Shown here in pieces: positions 1-9,842 of a DNA stretch of 64,000 nt (position 1 is the stretch's first letter; each line of letters opens with the position of its first letter). The stretch is from a virus (Duplodnaviria > Caudoviricetes). Both the position numbers and the translations under genes were made by a program. The stretch lies in IMG/VR virus record IMGVR_UViG_3300017560_000009, positions 1 to 64,000 of that record; one strand, 5' to 3'. The notes under the pieces were generated by a model. It was not told the origin of the DNA and searched no databases. It saw nothing but the letters and a program-made list of their open reading frames with translations.

Positions 1-1
1 C

Positions 2-193
2 TACCGCGCCCAGGTCTACAAAGGTCGAAGGTTCTATCTTGGTACGTTCGATACCGTGGAAGAGGCGCAAAAACAGTACGCGGAGGCCAAAAAACTGGTC
101 CACAACCCGAAAAACTGGGCTGTGGACGCCGAGACGTTGCTGAAAGGACTCATGATCGACTATAAAAATCGTGCAAAAGACAGCGAATCATGA
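2..193 (+). CDS. 3' end of an AP2-domain protein (probably HNH-AP2 type), truncated by the window edge
   Basis: Frame +2 reads YRAQVYKGRRFYLGTFDTVEEAQKQYAEAKKLVH...DSES* (stop 191-193), matching the AP2 pattern W/Y-x-A-x-I...YLGxFxTxEEAxxAY. Absent from the ORF track because the start lies upstream. Confidence 0.75.
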   Translation, partial: YRAQVYKGRRFYLGTFDTVEEAQKQYAEAKKLVHNPKNWAVDAETLLKGLMIDYKNRAKDSES

Positions 194-252
194 GAAGATG
201 TGTCGGTCCAATGTTGAGCAGCAGAGGACGATGAGTTGACTTGAGGGAAGTC

Positions 253-286
253 AAGGGGAGCCTGGAAACAGGCTCCCTTTCTTTTT
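253..286 (+). terminator. Rho-independent terminator
   Basis: AAGGGGAGCCTG-GAAA-CAGGCTCCCTTT followed by CTTTTT; a further 7-bp hairpin TTGACTT/AAGTCAA lies at 236-254. Confidence 0.75.
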
Positions 287-291
287 GCATG

Positions 292-318
292 AAAAAGCCA
301 CCTTGATGGTGGCTTTTT
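292..318. terminator. Bidirectional terminator between converging genes
   Basis: AAAAAGCCACC-TTGAT-GGTGGCTTTTT, a perfect 11-bp inverted repeat just past the primase stop (355). Confidence 0.8.
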
Positions 319-354
319 GTACCTAGTAGGTCTCTTTATTGAGGATGAAGCGCT

Positions 355-2871
355 TCAGGCGGTCATAGGCGTCTTGCCAGAAGGCTGTGAGTTCGACTGA
401 GACGAAGCGGCCTGACTTATCAGCGTAATATTCTCGTACACGACCTCTTGAGCCCCTTGCGGCGTGTTTCTTATCGTAATCTTGAATCCAAACTCGGTGC
501 CAAGCTCCCGCATCTTCGCTCTGAACTGTGTGGATCCAACTGGCCTTGCAGACGCCGGCCCGATGCAGAATGACCAGTATGCCCCGTAAATCTTCGATTC
601 CTCCACTGACATGGGGTTCGTAATCTTCTCTCCAGCGGACGACACCAGTTGGAGATTGGCCGTCCGCACCTTGCCGCTCTCCGTGAGAAAAAAACGTACA
701 GAGTTGTTCAAGTTGGCCACTTCGCGGATCATCTGCTTGTGCGATTCCGGGATCGTGTACTCGTTCTTGGCCCTCAACCGGCCCATTGCTTGAACAGCCC
801 ACGCCACGATGCCTTCGCGCTCGTTGGCCACGATGGTATCGCCGAAATCCAACTTCCGTTCTTCAGGTGGCACCGGCCTACTAAACTGAAGCATCAACCA
901 TCGACGGTTAAAGCCCTCCGATGTGTCGTCTGTCTTCGGATAATGGTTGCCAGCGAACCAGTGAGCGCACACCGGCTTGAAGACGAAGATCTGACCGCCC
1001 TTCATCTGGCCGCTCATCTCTGATCCATCAATGATGTCCTTGAACTTCTGGCCATCAATCAGCTTCTTTTCGCTCAGCTCGCCCGCCACGTTCAGCAGCT
1101 TTTCGTTCATCGTGGTCGGGATGAACTTGTCGCTCCACATATCAGGCGGCACAGCACAGCGGGCCGAGTCCGGCACGAGCGCCGCAGCGATCTTCAACAG
1201 CTGCGACTTGCCCGATTTCGGAGCACCTTGCAACAGAATTGCCCTTTGGTAACGCGGAGCCACTGCAAAAAGCGTCACGCAGAGCGCTTCTTGCAGCGCC
1301 ATGATCTTTTCTTGGTAGTCCTCGTCTTGACTCCAGCTGCGCTCAAGAAATTCGAAGAACATAGGTGCGTTCTTGGCTTGCTCGGGCAAATAGCGGAACG
1401 GCAGCGTGTAGGTCATGCCGAACTGCGGATCATGCGTGAGCAACGACAGATTCTCGGTCAAGAATCCATTGGCGAAGTTCACGCCCTTCACCTCAACCGT
1501 CTTAATCTGCTGCGGCAGCAGCATTTTCATGACGTTCAAGATGCCTTTCATGTCCGAATGCTTGCGGCAGGCTTGCAGATGGCCAAATTCGGTCGAGATC
1601 TTGGCCAGCAAGATCTGATCATCCATCACTTCCCAGTGCGATCCCGCCCACTTCCAGACCATTCCGTTGTGGTGGCGCACCGGATGGATGAGTTCCAAGT
1701 CAGCGATGAGCGCACGAGCCAGCTCCGACTGGTCCTCACCCTTCAAAGTCCCCTTGCGCAAGTCCTTCACGCGGGCCTTCAAGGAGGCAACCTTCATGCC
1801 CAGCTGGCCGGCCGACGCGATGTAGTCGAAGAGCCGGTCTTCTTCCAGGCGATTGAGCGTCTTCGACGCGGCGATCTTGGCCAGCGCCTTGTCGATGGAC
1901 AGAACACGCTGCGGGCTTTCCTTCGGGAAGCGCTCGAACTCGTCCTTCAGGTAGTCCACGATATAGTCGTAGGACCACTCTTCATGCTCCTTCTCGAACT
2001 CCAGGCCATAGGCCTTCTTTTCGTCGGGGGTCATGTCGGCGTCCCAACCCACGGGCAGCGCCTTCTGCTTGTCGATCACGTCCCGATGCAGGAACTTGAT
2101 GAGGTTGGAGACGTGCTTCTCCACGTCCACCGGGTCGCCTGCCACGTTCTCCACGAACTCGGTGGCATACGAGCGCAGCATGCCGATGGCTTCCTTCAGC
2201 GTGCGGTCGCCGCGCAGGACAGCGTAGGCAAAGAGGCCAGCACGCTCGGTCAAGCTGGTATCACGGGAGCCGGCCGACGCGAAGTCGAGCGTCTTGGTCC
2301 AGCCGGAGTGCGACAACTCGCAACCGGCCTCGGAGAGCGCGGCGCGCAGGATCGCTTCTATGTTAGGATCCAGCGCCGGCAAGGTGTCGATCACGTCCAG
2401 CAGCTCGACGTTGGCCGTGTACGGGCGCTTCGTGGTCGGGTGGATCGACGGCGGCAGAACGACCTGGGTACGGCTTGACAAATGCTCGCAGATGGTCTGG
2501 CCATCGGTGTTCTTGATGCGGAAGGTGGACGTGCCGGTGTACTTGAAGGCCATGACCATGCCCTTCGCGCCGATACGCACCCAGGGCGACGGAGGCAGCA
2601 AGGCCGTGATCACGCGGATGATCCGCTCGTCCACCGCGTCAATGTCCAGCGCCACGATGCCCGACTGCGCGCCCAGCACGATACCGATGTTCGAATCAGC
2701 ATGGGCATGCAGCCACTGCTGCTGAACGTTGTCTTCGACTGGCTGGTCATGGTAACGAGACCAGTCCATCGGCATCGGCTTCTTATCCTGGGGATACAGC
2801 GGGATGACCGGCAGGTTCCGCGCATAGTAGGCCGGCGCGGTCTGGGCAAAGATAGGTTGACGAGTTGACAT
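355..2871 (-). CDS. Bifunctional primase-polymerase (Prim-Pol) fused to a D5-like SF3 helicase
   Basis: N-terminal VIPL...KKP, NIGIVLG, ALDID and VVLPPSIHP are Prim-Pol motifs; the C-terminal part has Walker A GAPKSGKS, NHYPKTDD..GFNRR and a winged-helix-like tail. Confidence 0.9.
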   Translation of the reverse strand: MSTRQPIFAQTAPAYYARNLPVIPLYPQDKKPMPMDWSRYHDQPVEDNVQQQWLHAHADSNIGIVLGAQSGIVALDIDAVDERIIRVITALLPPSPWVRIGAKGMVMAFKYTGTSTFRIKNTDGQTICEHLSSRTQVVLPPSIHPTTKRPYTANVELLDVIDTLPALDPNIEAILRAALSEAGCELSHSGWTKTLDFASAGSRDTSLTERAGLFAYAVLRGDRTLKEAIGMLRSYATEFVENVAGDPVDVEKHVSNLIKFLHRDVIDKQKALPVGWDADMTPDEKKAYGLEFEKEHEEWSYDYIVDYLKDEFERFPKESPQRVLSIDKALAKIAASKTLNRLEEDRLFDYIASAGQLGMKVASLKARVKDLRKGTLKGEDQSELARALIADLELIHPVRHHNGMVWKWAGSHWEVMDDQILLAKISTEFGHLQACRKHSDMKGILNVMKMLLPQQIKTVEVKGVNFANGFLTENLSLLTHDPQFGMTYTLPFRYLPEQAKNAPMFFEFLERSWSQDEDYQEKIMALQEALCVTLFAVAPRYQRAILLQGAPKSGKSQLLKIAAALVPDSARCAVPPDMWSDKFIPTTMNEKLLNVAGELSEKKLIDGQKFKDIIDGSEMSGQMKGGQIFVFKPVCAHWFAGNHYPKTDDTSEGFNRRWLMLQFSRPVPPEERKLDFGDTIVANEREGIVAWAVQAMGRLRAKNEYTIPESHKQMIREVANLNNSVRFFLTESGKVRTANLQLVSSAGEKITNPMSVEESKIYGAYWSFCIGPASARPVGSTQFRAKMRELGTEFGFKITIRNTPQGAQEVVYENITLISQAASSQSNSQPSGKTPMTA

Positions 2872-2873
2872 TT

Positions 2874-3428
2874 TTATTCTTCCACCGTAGAGAGATCGAC
2901 GGGTTCATTACGCCCTTTGGACAAGATGGAGCGGAGGCCGTCCATCACTTGAGTGCGTTGCTCGGGCGTCAGGACTTCTTCCATGACGCCGAGCACGGCA
3001 CCTTCGAATTCCTTGACCTGCTTGACGCCCACGGCGCGCTCGCGCAGCATGGTCAGCTTTTCAAGCAGGCTCGTGACCGTGCGGAAGTAGGACATCTTTT
3101 CCGTCTGGTCGGCATTGGTCAGCGTGGCCCCGTAGTGCTTCAGATCCTTCAGCACGGCCAGCAGGTCTTGTTCAATCGTGGTGTCAATACTGGCCACCTC
3201 GTCGTCCGTGACGACCGTGGCAGGCGCGGCAGGCGCATCCTTGGGGGTCTGGCACATGGCCTGGAGCAGCACCAGCGTGCGGCCCTCGTAGGGGCAGTCT
3301 TGGTGGAGGAAGTAGTCCGCGTTCTCGGTGCCTAGCGTGGCGATGATGCCCAAGGCCCATTCCGCCTTTTCGCCCAGGTCAGGATAGTGGTAGCTCATTT
3401 CTTGCTCTTCGGAGGGGGAGGACGGCAT
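2874..3428 (-). CDS. Hypothetical helical protein, possibly terminase small subunit (alternative start 3398)
   Basis: Clean ORF with phage codon bias abutting the primase start and lying head-to-head with terL; the TerS role is inferred from position and helical character only. Confidence 0.4.
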   Translation of the reverse strand: MPSSPSEEQEMSYHYPDLGEKAEWALGIIATLGTENADYFLHQDCPYEGRTLVLLQAMCQTPKDAPAAPATVVTDDEVASIDTTIEQDLLAVLKDLKHYGATLTNADQTEKMSYFRTVTSLLEKLTMLRERAVGVKQVKEFEGAVLGVMEEVLTPEQRTQVMDGLRSILSKGRNEPVDLSTVEE

Positions 3429-3468
3429 CTTCCCACACCGGCAAGATTCAATGAACGAAAATCTATCG

Positions 3469-3524
3469 TTTATACGATAAATGCCCCTCGGGTATCGGAT
3501 ACACCGTGGTCTTTATACGATAAA
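3469..3524. promoter_or_regulatory. Two identical 13-bp quasi-palindromic boxes in the divergent intergenic region
   Basis: TTTATACGATAAA at 3469-3481 and 3512-3524 (arms TTTAT/ATAAA). Confidence 0.55.
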
Positions 3525-3600
3525 GGCTCGACCTTCAGGTTTCCTTTGTGCCACACCCCGGTCCTGGGCGAGAATAGCGTCCTAGCAAACCAGGGCCGTC

Positions 3601-5385
3601 ATGAGCAACCACTTCATTGAAACCTTCCTCGACCGCTGTTCGAACCGCTATGCGACGGATCGGGAGGGCATGACGGCCGGTGATTGGATGATCACCAACA
3701 CGAGGTTGAACGATAAGCCTTTCAGCTTCAAGCGCTATCCTTTCCAGAAGCAGATCGCCGACGACATGCACACGGACTTGAACGTCATCAAGCCGTCTCA
3801 GGTCGGCTTGACCGAAGTTCAGATCCGTAAGGTGCTCGCCTTCATCGCTCGATACAAGGGCGTCAACGTCATCTACACGTTGCCCAACGAGAAGATGTTC
3901 GAGAAGATCTCGACCGGTCGTATTCGACCCATCGTTGACAACGACAAGGTGTTCAACCTTGAGCAAGTCGGCAACTCGACCAAGCCGACGCGCACGAAGT
4001 CCATCATCCAGGTAGGTCGATCCTTCATGTACATCACGGGCGCGACGGAAGGTGACGCGACCGCGACCACAGCCGACATGGTGGCCAACGACGAAGTGGA
4101 CTTGACCAATCAAGCCATGCTGGCGCTGTTCAACTCGCGTCTGCAAGGTTCCGACTGGGGCTTGAACCACAAGTTCTCGACGCCGACCTTCGAAGGCTAC
4201 GGCATCGACCAGCTTTTCCAGAACAGTGATCAGCACGAGTACATGCACAAGTGCGAGCACTGCAACCACCATCAGACGCCGCTCTTCAACCGCAACTTCG
4301 TCCATCTCGACGGCATGCCCGACAGCATGGACTTCGAAGAGCTTGAGCCGGATATGTTCGACTCGGGCAAGATGGACTTCCTCGGCATGCACATCAAGTG
4401 CGAGAAATGCCACAAGCCCATCAACGTCGGCCTGCATGAGCGCCGGCAATGGGTTGCCAAGTTCCCCAACCGCACGCACTCACGCGGCTACCGCGTGCGC
4501 ACGTTCTCGACCGAGCGCCTGACGCCCCAATACGTCGTCCAGCAGCTGTTCAAGTACAAGCAGCTGGACAACCTGCGCGGCTGGCACAACACCGTGCTGG
4601 GCCAAGCCAACGAAGGCGGCAACGAGCGCCTGTCGGTGCCTGTAATCCACCAGTGCTTCACGCATGAGATGCTGGTCAAGGCTCCGCTCATCGGCGTGCC
4701 GGCCTGGGTCGGCATCGACATGGGCCAGACCGTCCACATCGTGGTGGGCCAAGGTTTCAGCCTCTTCGACCTGGAGATCCGCGAGTTCATCGCCTGTCCG
4801 GTTGATCAGCTGCCCCAGGTGATCGAACGCATCAAGAAAGACTACCGACTGTTCGGCGGCGGTTGCGACCGCCACCCCTACACGCCAACTGCTGACGCGG
4901 CTCGTGATCAGACCAATGGTCTCATCTTGCCTATCGAGTATCGCGGCCAGAAAGAAGTCAACATCGTGAAGGATGCAGGAGGCAATGAACTGTATGCGCA
5001 GGCCAACCGTACCATTCTCCTTGATGATGTCGCACGTCTCGTCCGCCAGGGAAAGATCAGCTTCTCGGGTTACGGAACTCAAAAGAACACCATCACCGAG
5101 CACTTCCGGGACATGGTGCGCGAAGAGACTCCTGAAACCGAAGCAACGTGGCGAAAGCTGACCAACAACGACCACTATTTCCACTCGCTGGGCTTCTTGG
5201 TCACGGCAGTCAAGATCAGGATGGAAGGCGTCGGCGCGAAGGAAGCGCCAGATACTCGTTCCACCGTGTCGGTCGCTGGGGTATCCTTCGCGCAATCTCC
5301 ATTCAACTCCAACATCTTTCTGCCGCTCGGGCAGTCATCGCACAAAGTGAACCATGGCAACCAAGCAAACATCCTCTTCGTCTAA
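3601..5385 (+). CDS. terL: Terminase large subunit (lambda GpA-like)
   Basis: KPSQVGLTE (Walker A region), ANDEVD (Walker B), FSTPT, CxxC pairs CEHC and CEKC, nuclease GIDMG and C-terminal NDHYFHS. Confidence 0.9.
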   Translation: MSNHFIETFLDRCSNRYATDREGMTAGDWMITNTRLNDKPFSFKRYPFQKQIADDMHTDLNVIKPSQVGLTEVQIRKVLAFIARYKGVNVIYTLPNEKMFEKISTGRIRPIVDNDKVFNLEQVGNSTKPTRTKSIIQVGRSFMYITGATEGDATATTADMVANDEVDLTNQAMLALFNSRLQGSDWGLNHKFSTPTFEGYGIDQLFQNSDQHEYMHKCEHCNHHQTPLFNRNFVHLDGMPDSMDFEELEPDMFDSGKMDFLGMHIKCEKCHKPINVGLHERRQWVAKFPNRTHSRGYRVRTFSTERLTPQYVVQQLFKYKQLDNLRGWHNTVLGQANEGGNERLSVPVIHQCFTHEMLVKAPLIGVPAWVGIDMGQTVHIVVGQGFSLFDLEIREFIACPVDQLPQVIERIKKDYRLFGGGCDRHPYTPTADAARDQTNGLILPIEYRGQKEVNIVKDAGGNELYAQANRTILLDDVARLVRQGKISFSGYGTQKNTITEHFRDMVREETPETEATWRKLTNNDHYFHSLGFLVTAVKIRMEGVGAKEAPDTRSTVSVAGVSFAQSPFNSNIFLPLGQSSHKVNHGNQANILFV

Positions 5386-6877
5386 GGGCGGCGGCCTGCT
5401 GGGCAAGCTCCAAGCATTGGTCTTGCCCAAGAAGCCGAACAAGGCCGGCGTGTCCATCCCTGGCCACTACAACCCGAGCGACCCCAATCAGGTCTTGACG
5501 GTGCCGCAGTACCGCGACCACCTGACCGACATCTTCACGTCGCGCTCGGCGTCGAACTCGCGTGAGCTGATCAAGAGCCTGTTCATCCAGGATCCTGACA
5601 CCTCGGCTGCGGTCAACGCTTACTTGACCATGGCGAATACCGACATGCAGCCGCTGGTCAAGGACGTGGACGGAGCCATCGACCGCGAAGGCCAGAAGAT
5701 CTTGAACGCCATCCTCCAGGCTTTCGAGCAACGCAGCGACTACTCGAAAGGGTTCCAGCTGCGCCCGTCGATCAAGGAAGTGTGCGAGAACCTGCGCTAC
5801 CTGCTCCTGCGCTGCGGCGCTCTGCCGGTTGAAGCCGTGTTCGATGAGAACTTCGCCATCAGCGAGTTCCGCATGGTCGATCCTGACACGCTCGAATGGG
5901 TGGAACCTCAACCCGGCGTCTACAAGCCGCAGCAGAAGACGAGCGATGGCAAGACCCTGGTTCTGGACATTCCCACGTTCTTCGTGAAGTTCCACCGCCG
6001 TGACCCGACGAGCATGTACACCTACTCGCCGTTCGTCTCGTCCATCAACACCATCGCTGCACGCCAGCAGGTTATCAACGACCTGTACCGCATCATGCAG
6101 CTGACCGGCTACCCCCGCATGGAAGCCAAGGTGCTCGAAGAGGTGCTGAATAAGAAAGCGCCTGTCGAGATCCGCATGGATCCTGAAAAGCTGCGGACCT
6201 ACATCGAAAACCAGATGCGCCAGATCTCAGCGGCCATCTCCAACATCCGACCGGATCAAGCCTTCGTGCATACTGATTCGGTCGAAGTGTCGATGATGAA
6301 CGAGAAGTCCCCAGGCATGGCGCTGGATATCAGCAAGGTCATCGACACGCTGAACGCCCAGAACCAAGCCGGCTTGCGCACGATGGCCACCATCCTAGGT
6401 CGCGGCAACTCCGGCGTGAACACAGCCACGGTGGAAGCGCGGCTCTTCACCATGAACGCTGAAGAGCTGAACAACCCCATCGCTGACTTGATGGCCAGCG
6501 TGCTGACCCTTGCCATCCGGCTCCAAGGTTCAGCCTCCCGGGTTGAGGTGACTTTCCGTCCCTCTGAGATGCGCCCTGATACCGAACTGGAACCGCAATA
6601 CACCATGCGGGCGGCGCGCCTGAAGGAAGACCTGTCGCTGGGAATCATCAGCGACGACGAATACCACCTTCAGATGTACGGCCGGTTGCGGCCGGACTCC
6701 GCGCCGGAATTGTCCGGCACGAACTTCTTGATGGGGCAAGGCGCGGTCGGAAGCGGCATCGACGTGGAGAGCGTCAGCCCCAACTCGGATCCGATGGGCA
6801 AGTCCTTGGCACCGGAAGGCGGCAAGAACGCAAGAAGCAATACCGTCAAGAAGCAACCATCAAGCACCAAGAAGTAG
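5354..6877 (+). CDS. Portal protein
   Basis: 507 aa directly after terL, helical, in the canonical head-module position. Confidence 0.75.
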   Translation: MATKQTSSSSKGGGLLGKLQALVLPKKPNKAGVSIPGHYNPSDPNQVLTVPQYRDHLTDIFTSRSASNSRELIKSLFIQDPDTSAAVNAYLTMANTDMQPLVKDVDGAIDREGQKILNAILQAFEQRSDYSKGFQLRPSIKEVCENLRYLLLRCGALPVEAVFDENFAISEFRMVDPDTLEWVEPQPGVYKPQQKTSDGKTLVLDIPTFFVKFHRRDPTSMYTYSPFVSSINTIAARQQVINDLYRIMQLTGYPRMEAKVLEEVLNKKAPVEIRMDPEKLRTYIENQMRQISAAISNIRPDQAFVHTDSVEVSMMNEKSPGMALDISKVIDTLNAQNQAGLRTMATILGRGNSGVNTATVEARLFTMNAEELNNPIADLMASVLTLAIRLQGSASRVEVTFRPSEMRPDTELEPQYTMRAARLKEDLSLGIISDDEYHLQMYGRLRPDSAPELSGTNFLMGQGAVGSGIDVESVSPNSDPMGKSLAPEGGKNARSNTVKKQPSSTKK

Positions 6878-6884
6878 AAACTCT

Positions 6885-6913
6885 TTGACTTAAATGGTGT
6901 AGGCCGAAATAAT
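6885..6913 (+). promoter_or_regulatory. Sigma70-like promoter candidate
   Basis: TTGACT-17 nt-AATAAT in the portal/protease gap. Confidence 0.5.
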
Positions 6914-6954
6914 ACCGGCACTTCACCGAAGCCCACTTTACTCACCAGACTGGT

Positions 6955-8103
6955 ATGGCCAAAAGCATAAAGATCACCCCCGCGATTGAAGCCCGCATTC
7001 AGGCGAACAATGGCGGCGAAGACCTCGACTTGTCCAAGGTCGTGGCATTCGAGTGCGTGGCTGCTTCGACGCGCCCGATCAGCAAGCGCGGCTCCATCTT
7101 CGATAAAGGTCGCATCTCGACCTCGACGCTGATGGAGATGGCTTCTTATCTGAATACGCAGAAGGGCTTCGTGCCGCTGCACACGCTGCACCCGATGGGG
7201 GATGAACTGCCCTTGGGCCGTTTCTTCTACGCCGAGGTGCTGCCGTCGCCGATGAACGACGGCTCCATGGATCTCGTGACCCAGTTCTACATCTCGGCCT
7301 CCGAGACGGACAAGATCGAGAAGATGGAAGCCGGCATCATTGACGAAGTGTCGGTGACGCTGCGCACGAAGACCATGATGTGCTCGGAATGCGGCTGGGA
7401 CTACCTCGGTTCTGAAGCAACGATCATGCACCTTCTCGACCAGACGTGTGGCAACGATCACGTCATCGGCGAGAACGGTGTTCACCTGAACCTCAACGGC
7501 ATGGAGGCGTGGACCGAAACCTCGCTCGTGTCCAAGGGTGCCTCGAACAACGCGAAGATTCTGGGCCGCTCCAAGCAGCGCCTTGGCGCGGAGCGTTACG
7601 AGAAACTGGCCGCAAGCGGGATCTCCCCCGAAGCCACCTTCCTTATTGCAACAACCAAAGACCATCCTCGGAGTTCCAACACCATGGACAAAGAAACCCT
7701 CGACCGCCTGACCGCCTTGAGCGCCAGCGAAGCAACCCTGAAGGCTTCCGTCGTCACCCTGACGGCGAGCGAAACCGCTCTGAAGGCACAAGTGGCCGAG
7801 CTGACCGCCGAGCGCGACAGCCTGAAGTCCGGCGCTGCTGTGACCGCCGTTCAAGCCGAGCTGGCCACCGCCCAGGCCTCGCTGACCGAAGCCAACACCG
7901 CTCATGAAGCCACCAAGGTCGAACTCGCCGCCGCGAATACCGCCAAGGCCGAGCTGGAAACCAAGCTGACCGTCGTGAACGCCCAGGTCGAAGTGCTGAA
8001 GGCCGGCGTCATCAACAACCCCCGTTCCAACGGTGACAAGACCGGTGTGACGGACCTCTCCGCTTCGGCGGGCAACAGCGCGTTCAAGTCGGCGCGCCGT
8101 TAA
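6955..8103 (+). CDS. Prohead protease/scaffold fusion
   Basis: N-terminal domain with LHTLH, IDEVSV and ETSLVSKGA (phage maturation protease-like); Ala-rich coiled-coil C-terminal scaffold. Confidence 0.7.
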   Translation: MAKSIKITPAIEARIQANNGGEDLDLSKVVAFECVAASTRPISKRGSIFDKGRISTSTLMEMASYLNTQKGFVPLHTLHPMGDELPLGRFFYAEVLPSPMNDGSMDLVTQFYISASETDKIEKMEAGIIDEVSVTLRTKTMMCSECGWDYLGSEATIMHLLDQTCGNDHVIGENGVHLNLNGMEAWTETSLVSKGASNNAKILGRSKQRLGAERYEKLAASGISPEATFLIATTKDHPRSSNTMDKETLDRLTALSASEATLKASVVTLTASETALKAQVAELTAERDSLKSGAAVTAVQAELATAQASLTEANTAHEATKVELAAANTAKAELETKLTVVNAQVEVLKAGVINNPRSNGDKTGVTDLSASAGNSAFKSARR

Positions 8104-8133
8104 TCATCAACCCACCGATTATTGGAGAACACA

Positions 8134-8532
8134 ATGCAAATCGGTCAAGGCGTTACCCTGAGCGGCCACTTCCACGAAGACTCGCAGTACACCTTCGTGC
8201 TGAATGCCGCCATCACCAAGGCTGACATCGGCAAGGCCGTGCGTGTCACTGGCACCAACACCGTGTCCCTGGCCGGCGACGGCGAGGAAATCGACGGTCG
8301 CCTGGAAACGGTTGAAGACCGCGTTCAAGAAGGCATCAAGGTCGGCACGATCAACACCAACGCGGGCGTGAACTACCCCCTGAAGGCAGCGGACGCCCTG
8401 GCTCCCGGCGACTGGGCCATCGGTGGCGGCGCGGGTTCGGTGCGCAAGGCTCTGGCGGCTGACGAAGTGGTCAAGCGCTGGAAGTGCGTCGAGAAGATCA
8501 ACGCCACCACCGTCGTGCTGCTGAAGCTGTAA
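8134..8532 (+). CDS. Head decoration/cement protein
   Basis: Small beta-rich protein between scaffold and capsid genes; GGAG RBS before ATG 8134. Confidence 0.65.
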   Translation: MQIGQGVTLSGHFHEDSQYTFVLNAAITKADIGKAVRVTGTNTVSLAGDGEEIDGRLETVEDRVQEGIKVGTINTNAGVNYPLKAADALAPGDWAIGGGAGSVRKALAADEVVKRWKCVEKINATTVVLLKL

Positions 8533-8587
8533 TTCCGGCTCTCAACCCGCTCCAACACAACCTCACATAGATCTCTAGGAATAGAAC

Positions 8588-9766
8588 ATGGATCTCATCG
8601 ACATCAAGCGTCAATCGCCGGAAGACGCGCTGGTCGGCCTGAAGGCCGAGAGCACCAGCGAATCCGTGGCTTCGGGCCAGAAGCTGATCGCACGCGCCAA
8701 GGACGTTGGCCTGAACCTGCGCGACTACCTCGTGCTGGCCATCGACCCCCGCATGTCCAAGGCCGACGACGCCCGCAAGTACGAAGGCCTGAACGGCTAT
8801 GAAGCCGCCCTGTCCCACCTGAACCTGCCGGTTCGCAACGACCTGGAACAAGGCGTCATCCTCCAGGCCGCGAGCGAGACCTTCCAGACCTACCCCGGCA
8901 CCCGCGCCATGTTCCCCGAAGTCATGGACGACGTGCTGCGCTGGAAGAACCGCCAGGACCAGCTGGAAACCGTCGCCCCGCTGATCGCCCAATCGCGCAC
9001 CATCAACGGTGCCGAAATGATCTCGACCTTCGTGGAAGACGACTCCGACCAGCGCGGCACCTACTCGGTGTCGGAACTGGGCCGCATCCCGGTTCGCTCG
9101 CTGCGCACCACGCAACAAGCGGTCGGCATGTACAAGCACGGTTCGGGCTACCGCACCAGCTACGAATTCAACCGTCGCGCCAGCCTGGACATCATGACCC
9201 CGTTCGCCGCCCGCGTGGCCCGCGAGCTGGAGATCTCGAAGGTCCGCGCCGCCACGTCGATCCTGATCAACGGCGACGGCGTGAACCCGGCAGCTCCGGT
9301 GGTGCCGATCTCGTCGTTCGACGGCGTGGCTGCTGACGGCCTGTCGAAGAACTACAAGGCGCTGGCCAAGTGGCTGATGCAAGCCGCCAAGGAAGGTCGC
9401 CCGATCGACACGATCATCGGCAACTACGACATCTTCGTTGACCTGCTGTTCATGTTCCAGCCCACGCTGTACGGCACCACGACCGACATCGAAAAGCTGG
9501 TCGCGGCCGGTACGCCGAAGATCAACACCAACATCCCGCTGCTGAACCAGTCGGTGAACTTCCAGCTGTCGTCCACCGTTCCGGCCGGCAAGCTGGTGGG
9601 CTACACCAAGGCTGAAACGCTGGAAGAGCTGCTGGAAGCGGGTTCGAACATCTCGGAAAACGAGCGTTCCATCGTCAACCAAGCGATCACCTACGTTCGC
9701 TCGGAAAACACCGGCTACCGTCTGGTGTTCGGCGACACGCGCTCGATCCTGGACACGACCGCGTAA
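8588..9766 (+). CDS. Major capsid protein
   Basis: 392 aa with very strong codon bias, followed by a strong terminator; position after the decoration gene. Confidence 0.85.
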   Translation: MDLIDIKRQSPEDALVGLKAESTSESVASGQKLIARAKDVGLNLRDYLVLAIDPRMSKADDARKYEGLNGYEAALSHLNLPVRNDLEQGVILQAASETFQTYPGTRAMFPEVMDDVLRWKNRQDQLETVAPLIAQSRTINGAEMISTFVEDDSDQRGTYSVSELGRIPVRSLRTTQQAVGMYKHGSGYRTSYEFNRRASLDIMTPFAARVARELEISKVRAATSILINGDGVNPAAPVVPISSFDGVAADGLSKNYKALAKWLMQAAKEGRPIDTIIGNYDIFVDLLFMFQPTLYGTTTDIEKLVAAGTPKINTNIPLLNQSVNFQLSSTVPAGKLVGYTKAETLEELLEAGSNISENERSIVNQAITYVRSENTGYRLVFGDTRSILDTTA

Positions 9767-9786
9767 TCCAGCCAGCATGTAGGCAC

Positions 9787-9818
9787 AAAGGCCCGCCCGA
9801 ACTCGGGCGGGCCTTTTT
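9787..9818 (+). terminator. Rho-independent terminator after the capsid gene
   Basis: AAAGGCCCGCCCGA-AC-TCGGGCGGGCCTTT followed by TT. Confidence 0.85.
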
Positions 9819-9842
9819 ACTTCAAACCTTGGAGCTTCAACC

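Noticed and set aside
323-802. 159-aa ORF overlapping the primase C-terminus on the same strand
   Set aside because: The primase frame carries the recognisable winged-helix-like tail; this frame has no recognisable features.
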